Positions 59,665-64,000 of a stretch of 64,000 bases of DNA are shown in pieces; position 1 is the first letter of the stretch, and each line of letters begins with the position of its first letter. The notes beneath the pieces were generated by a model. It ran no database searches. It was not told where the DNA came from and saw nothing but the letters and a program-made list of their open reading frames with translations. The translations under genes were made by a program, and so were the position numbers. Origin of the DNA: Fibrobacteria bacterium (GTDB lineage Bacteria > Fibrobacterota > Fibrobacteria > UBA11236); the NCBI GenBank assembly GCA_050486505.1, contig JBJHDK010000001.1:1-64000 (forward strand), written 5' to 3'.

Positions 59665-61638
59665 ATGTGCGGTATCGCCGGCTTTCTGGGTTCCCCTGAA
59701 CCGCACTCCGGAGCTTTTCACCACAGCGTGACCCGCATGGCCAACGCCCTGCGGCACCGCGGTCCCGACGCCGATGGCGTCTGGACCGATGCCGGTAACG
59801 GGGTGGGGCTGGGCCACCGCCGCCTCTCCATCGTCGAACTGTCTCCCGAAGGTTCCCAGCCCATGGTCTCAGCCGACGAGCGCCACGTACTCGTCTTTAA
59901 CGGCGAGATCTACAACCATGACATCATCCGCAAAGAACTGCAAGATGGGGGTACGACCTTCCGCGGGCACTCCGACACCCGGGTACTCGTGGAGGCCATC
60001 GCCCGCTGGGGGGTGGAGGGCGCGCTCTCCCGTTGCACCGGTATGTTCGCCTTCGCCGTGTGGGACCGTTACGAGCGGGTGCTGGCCCTGGCCCGTGACC
60101 GCATGGGAGAGAAACCCCTGTACTACGGATGGTTGGGAGATACGTTTCTTTTCGGCTCCGAACTCAAGGCATTGCGGGCTCACCCCGTGTGGAAAGAGCG
60201 AGGGGGTGGCGTCGATCGCAACGCGCTCGCGGCATATCTGCGCCACAACTACATCCCCGCACCGCTGAGCATTTACAACGACATTCGCAAACTGGAACCG
60301 GGCGCGCTGCTGAGTGTGCGGGCCGATCGCCCCGGCGTCGTGGAACAAAAAGAATACTGGAGCCTCGCTGCCGTCGCGCTGGAGGGCGTAGCGAACCCCT
60401 TTCGCGGCGACGCGGGTGAAGCCGCCGACGCGTTCGGCCGGCTCCTGGAGGCCTCCATCGCTCGCCAGATGGTGGCCGATGTCCCCCTGGGCGCCTTTCT
60501 CTCGGGCGGGGTCGATTCCTCCGCGGTGGCGGCGCTCATGGTCAAGGCGCAGGCACAAGGTTCGCGCTCCGTGCGCACCTTCACCATCGGGTTTCATGAG
60601 AAGAGCGTGAACGAGTCGGAGTTCGCCAGGACTGTGGCCTCGCATCTCGGCACGGACCACACGGAAATGTTCGTGAGCGGCGCCGATGCGCTTGCCACGG
60701 TTCCGCGCCTGCCGGAGATTTACGACGAACCCTTCGGCGACAGCTCCGCCATTCCCACCGTGCTGCTCTCCGCGCTCACCCGCCGCCACGTCACCGTGGC
60801 GCTCTCGGGCGACGGGGCCGACGAATTGCTGGCGGGGTATACGCGCTACGAACAGGGGGAGCGGATCCGGCGCGTGCATGCCGCCTTGCCCGCAGCTGCG
60901 CGTCAGGGCCTCGGGGGCTTGGCGACGGCGGTAGCCGCGACGCTCTCCCGCATTCCCGCAGGTTTCGAGGAACGTCTTCCCGCGCGCCTGCGCAGCCTGA
61001 ACGTGCCCACCCGTCTGCGCACCTTGCGCGACTTGCTCGCCTGCAAGACGGATGAAGCCCTGTATTCTCACCTGATTTCGCTATGGCGACACCCCAATGA
61101 GATCGCATTGGGGGTCGAGCGGGCGGCTGTGCCGGCGGGAGGGACGACCGGTCGCGAACATGCCGGGGAATTTTTGCGCTCCATGCAGCTCCACGACCAG
61201 CTCATCTATCTCCCCGATGACATCATGGTCAAGGTGGATCGCGCTTCGATGGCTGCAAGTCTCGAAACGCGCGCCCCCCTGCTTGACCACGCACTCGTCG
61301 AGTTTGCATGGACCTTGCCTCCCGCCCTGTTGCGTACCGAAGCGGGGCTTTCGAAGGGGCCCCTGCGCAACGTGCTGTACCGGCACGTGCCCCCCCGTCT
61401 CATCGAGCGCCCCAAGAAGGGATTCGGCGTTCCCTTGGCGAGCTGGCTGCGCGGTCCGCTGCGTGATTGGGCAGAAGCCTTGCTTTCGGAAAACCGGCTG
61501 CGCCACGAGGGCTTTCTCGACCCCGTGCGCGTGCGGGCGGGATGGAAAAAGTTCCTTGCCGGCGCCTGGCACGGCGAGAACTACCTCTGGAATTTGCTCA
61601 TGTTTCAGGCATGGCTCGAACGCGAGAACGGGGGATGA
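59665..61638 (+). CDS. asnB: Asparagine synthase (glutamine-hydrolysing)-like amidotransferase
   Basis: MCGIAG, HRGPD, FNGEIYN, FLSGGVDSS, SGDGADE, KVDRASM. Confidence 0.95.
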   Translation: MCGIAGFLGSPEPHSGAFHHSVTRMANALRHRGPDADGVWTDAGNGVGLGHRRLSIVELSPEGSQPMVSADERHVLVFNGEIYNHDIIRKELQDGGTTFRGHSDTRVLVEAIARWGVEGALSRCTGMFAFAVWDRYERVLALARDRMGEKPLYYGWLGDTFLFGSELKALRAHPVWKERGGGVDRNALAAYLRHNYIPAPLSIYNDIRKLEPGALLSVRADRPGVVEQKEYWSLAAVALEGVANPFRGDAGEAADAFGRLLEASIARQMVADVPLGAFLSGGVDSSAVAALMVKAQAQGSRSVRTFTIGFHEKSVNESEFARTVASHLGTDHTEMFVSGADALATVPRLPEIYDEPFGDSSAIPTVLLSALTRRHVTVALSGDGADELLAGYTRYEQGERIRRVHAALPAAARQGLGGLATAVAATLSRIPAGFEERLPARLRSLNVPTRLRTLRDLLACKTDEALYSHLISLWRHPNEIALGVERAAVPAGGTTGREHAGEFLRSMQLHDQLIYLPDDIMVKVDRASMAASLETRAPLLDHALVEFAWTLPPALLRTEAGLSKGPLRNVLYRHVPPRLIERPKKGFGVPLASWLRGPLRDWAEALLSENRLRHEGFLDPVRVRAGWKKFLAGAWHGENYLWNLLMFQAWLERENGG

Positions 61639-63146
61639 GTTCCCGGCGCGAGTCCTTTCTCGGGGCCCTGGTCTCGTCCACCCTGTGGCGGGTGCTCGAC
61701 CGCTTCACGGGCCTGCTCAAACACATCCTGATCGCGGCACTCATCGGTCTCACCGGGCAGCTCGACGCCTTTTACATGGCGCTGGCCATTCTCGGGGTGC
61801 TGGTGTTCGCCTGGGCCGAGGTGGCCGACGTGATCGCCGTGCCGCGCATGGCGGAGTGGTCGGTGCGCGGGGACGTGGAGCCGCTGCAGCGCGCGGCGGC
61901 GGGCCTGTTCTCCCTGAGCCTCGGCCTGGGTGCGGCCATGGCCCTGCTGTGGTGGGTGGCCGTGCCCTGGATCGCGTTGCTGGCCCCGGGGTTCTCGCCC
62001 GAGCAGCGCGTCTTGCTCGAGTCGGCCCTCGCCTGGTTCACCCCCGTGGTACTGCTGTACCCCGCCTACCGCCAGCTGGGAGGGATGCTGCGCGCCGTGC
62101 GCCGCTTCTCCCTGTTCTACAAGGGCGAACTGCTGATCTCGGTGACCGTGCTGGCCTGCATCTTCTTCTTCGGCGGCTCGCCCACCGTGCTGTTCTGGTC
62201 GTATGCCGCGGGGATCGGGGCCGGGTTCCTCTACCTGCTGGCCCATGCGGCCTTTGCCTTCCGCCTTTTGGCCGGTCCCCGGAGAGCCCTGGAAGCCGTG
62301 CGCGGCCTGCTCGGGCAGGCTCCCATGCTGATTCTTCTCAACGCGGTGACGGGGGCCACCGTGCTCATCGACCGCGTGTTCGTGTCCTTCCTTCCCGAGG
62401 GGAGCATGGGGGCCCTGGCGTATGCATTGATCGCCACCGGGCTGGCCGCCTCGCTGCTGCGCCCCGGCACCTCCTTCGTCACCGTCTTCGCCGAAGCGCA
62501 GGGCGACCCCGACCGGCAGGGACGGCTGTTCGACGACACGCTCATCCTGATGATCGTGACGGGCATTCCCGTTTCCGCGGCGCTGCTGGCCTTCGCCGAC
62601 CCCCTGCTGGCGCTGGCCGCGGGATGGGGCGTGCTGCGCGCCCAGGACGTCGGCCCGTTGATCCTGGCGACTCTCGGCATGGGTGCGGGTGCGATGCCGC
62701 TGCTCTTGCTCTATGTGCTCGACCAGGTCTTTCTCGTCAAGAAGCGTCTGGGAACCCTGTTGCTGCGGACCACGGTGGGGTTGTTGCTGAACGCCATCCT
62801 CAATGCGCTGGTGGTGTTCGTGCTGGGGTGGGGCGTATGGGGCATCGGCGCGGCCACGGCGGTGAGTTATTGGACCATGGCCCTGCTTGCGCTGGGACGT
62901 GTGCCGGGATTGGGGGTTCGCTTCGATGCGCGCGGCGCGATCGTGCAACTAGTGAAGACCGTATTGGTCTCCGGCGCCATTGCCGTTGCGGGACGCATGC
63001 TCGTCGATGCCCTGCCGCACACGGCGTGGATCCTTCCGGTGCTGGCAGGCTATGTCGTGCTGGTTGCGACGGGCTTGATGCTTGCCGGAGGGCGAGGGGG
63101 GGAGTTGGCGAAAGCGGCGGTGGGGAGACTGGGAATTAAGAATTGA
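61635..63146 (+). CDS. MurJ/MviN-like lipid-linked oligosaccharide flippase
   Basis: Multi-TM; LDAFYMA, LAPGFS, IDRVFVSFL..GSMGALAYA. Confidence 0.82.
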   Translation: MSSRRESFLGALVSSTLWRVLDRFTGLLKHILIAALIGLTGQLDAFYMALAILGVLVFAWAEVADVIAVPRMAEWSVRGDVEPLQRAAAGLFSLSLGLGAAMALLWWVAVPWIALLAPGFSPEQRVLLESALAWFTPVVLLYPAYRQLGGMLRAVRRFSLFYKGELLISVTVLACIFFFGGSPTVLFWSYAAGIGAGFLYLLAHAAFAFRLLAGPRRALEAVRGLLGQAPMLILLNAVTGATVLIDRVFVSFLPEGSMGALAYALIATGLAASLLRPGTSFVTVFAEAQGDPDRQGRLFDDTLILMIVTGIPVSAALLAFADPLLALAAGWGVLRAQDVGPLILATLGMGAGAMPLLLLYVLDQVFLVKKRLGTLLLRTTVGLLLNAILNALVVFVLGWGVWGIGAATAVSYWTMALLALGRVPGLGVRFDARGAIVQLVKTVLVSGAIAVAGRMLVDALPHTAWILPVLAGYVVLVATGLMLAGGRGGELAKAAVGRLGIKN

Positions 63147-63290
63147 GAATTAAGAATTAAGAATTGGGAATTGGGAGAGAGACGTGATAAAACACGAAGA
63201 TCGGCGATGCGTTCACAATGTTCATGGACACTTCACTCAAGCACAACACCTGTGTTCAATTCCTAATTCTTAATTCGTAATTCTCAACTC
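63133..63290. repeat. Mini-element: inverted heptamer arms around an ~80-bp core (homolog of 36034-36180)
   Basis: gaattaagaattgagaattaagaattaagaattgggaattggga ... ttcaattcctaattcttaattcgtaattctcaa. Confidence 0.75.
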
Positions 63291-63316
63291 CACTCCACCC
63301 CACACGAGGCCCTCCC

Positions 63317-64000
63317 ATGAAATCCCCCATCTCCTTCTCTTTCGGCAAGAACTGGAAGAACCTCAATCGCGTGCTGACGCAAGAGGACATCGACAAGGCC
63401 CGCGCGGATCTGGTTTACTGGGTCGGTGAAGAAAACATCCGCGGCAAGGAGGTGCTCGACATTGGCTCGGGGTCGGGGATCCATTCGCTGGGAATGTTGC
63501 GGGTGGGAGCGTCCCGCATCACCTCGTTCGACTACGATCCGCACAGCGTGGAGGCGACCCGGCAGCATTGGGAAGATGCAGGAAGGCCGGAGCGTTGGAC
63601 GGTCATGCACGGTTCGGTACTTGATGACACTTTTCTGGCGACACTTCCGCAATTCGACCTGGTCTATTCCTGGGGCGTATTGCACCACACCGGGGACATG
63701 TGGCGGGCCATTCGCAATGCGCTGGGCAAAGTGAAACCGGGTGGGCTGTTTTACATCACCCTCTACAACGACAGAAACTATGCCGGTTCGCTGGCCCTCA
63801 AGCAACGCTACAATGCGGCGTCGAATCTCGGCAAGCGCCTGATGGAGGCGAAGTGGATCGCCAAGCTCATGGCACGGCGCCTGCTCAACGGAAAAAACCC
63901 CTTCGCCTGGAACGAGAAGAAAGTGCGTGGCATGAATGCGTACCACGACATCGTGGACTGGCTGGGCGGGCTTCCCTACGAGATTGCCAACGAAGACGAG
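63317..64000 (+). CDS. Class I SAM-dependent methyltransferase (partial, runs off right edge)
   Basis: Manual translation MKSPISFSFGKNW...VLDIGSGSGIHS...FDLVYSWGVLHHTG...DWLGGLPYE; absent from the ORF track. Confidence 0.88.
   Translation, partial: MKSPISFSFGKNWKNLNRVLTQEDIDKARADLVYWVGEENIRGKEVLDIGSGSGIHSLGMLRVGASRITSFDYDPHSVEATRQHWEDAGRPERWTVMHGSVLDDTFLATLPQFDLVYSWGVLHHTGDMWRAIRNALGKVKPGGLFYITLYNDRNYAGSLALKQRYNAASNLGKRLMEAKWIAKLMARRLLNGKNPFAWNEKKVRGMNAYHDIVDWLGGLPYEIANEDE

Overview
High-GC, Gram-negative bacterial chromosome segment; Fibrobacterota is my tentative guess from the SMC and conserved hypothetical proteins. It is mostly core genes (thyA-folA, mgtE, tsaC/sua5, ppsA, smc, pth-rplY-tRNA-Gln-ispE, argF, murI, rpsT, argD, aspS; tRNA-Leu, -Gln, -His). 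It also carries a MacAB-TolC-type efflux operon, an arsR-acr3-arsC operon, two sigma-54 two-component systems, a MotA/ExbB-type four-gene envelope operon and the start of a surface polysaccharide locus (wecA, SLBB export, wzz, asnB, flippase, methyltransferase). The most striking observation is a two-gene cassette after argF: an MphR(A)-like TetR repressor followed by a Cfr-like radical-SAM rRNA methyltransferase, with a perfect palindrome resembling the mph(A) operator over its promoter. This is a candidate macrolide-inducible ribosome-methylation resistance system. Other points: an unannotated 33-aa triple Cys-Cys peptide in the ars operon; a DHFR with a large insertion flanked by inverted heptamer arrays; a family of mini-elements with inverted heptamer arms; and nested GTAG-type REP repeats. 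No CRISPR array, integrase or transposase was seen. Family assignments are from motif recognition and memory, not database searches.
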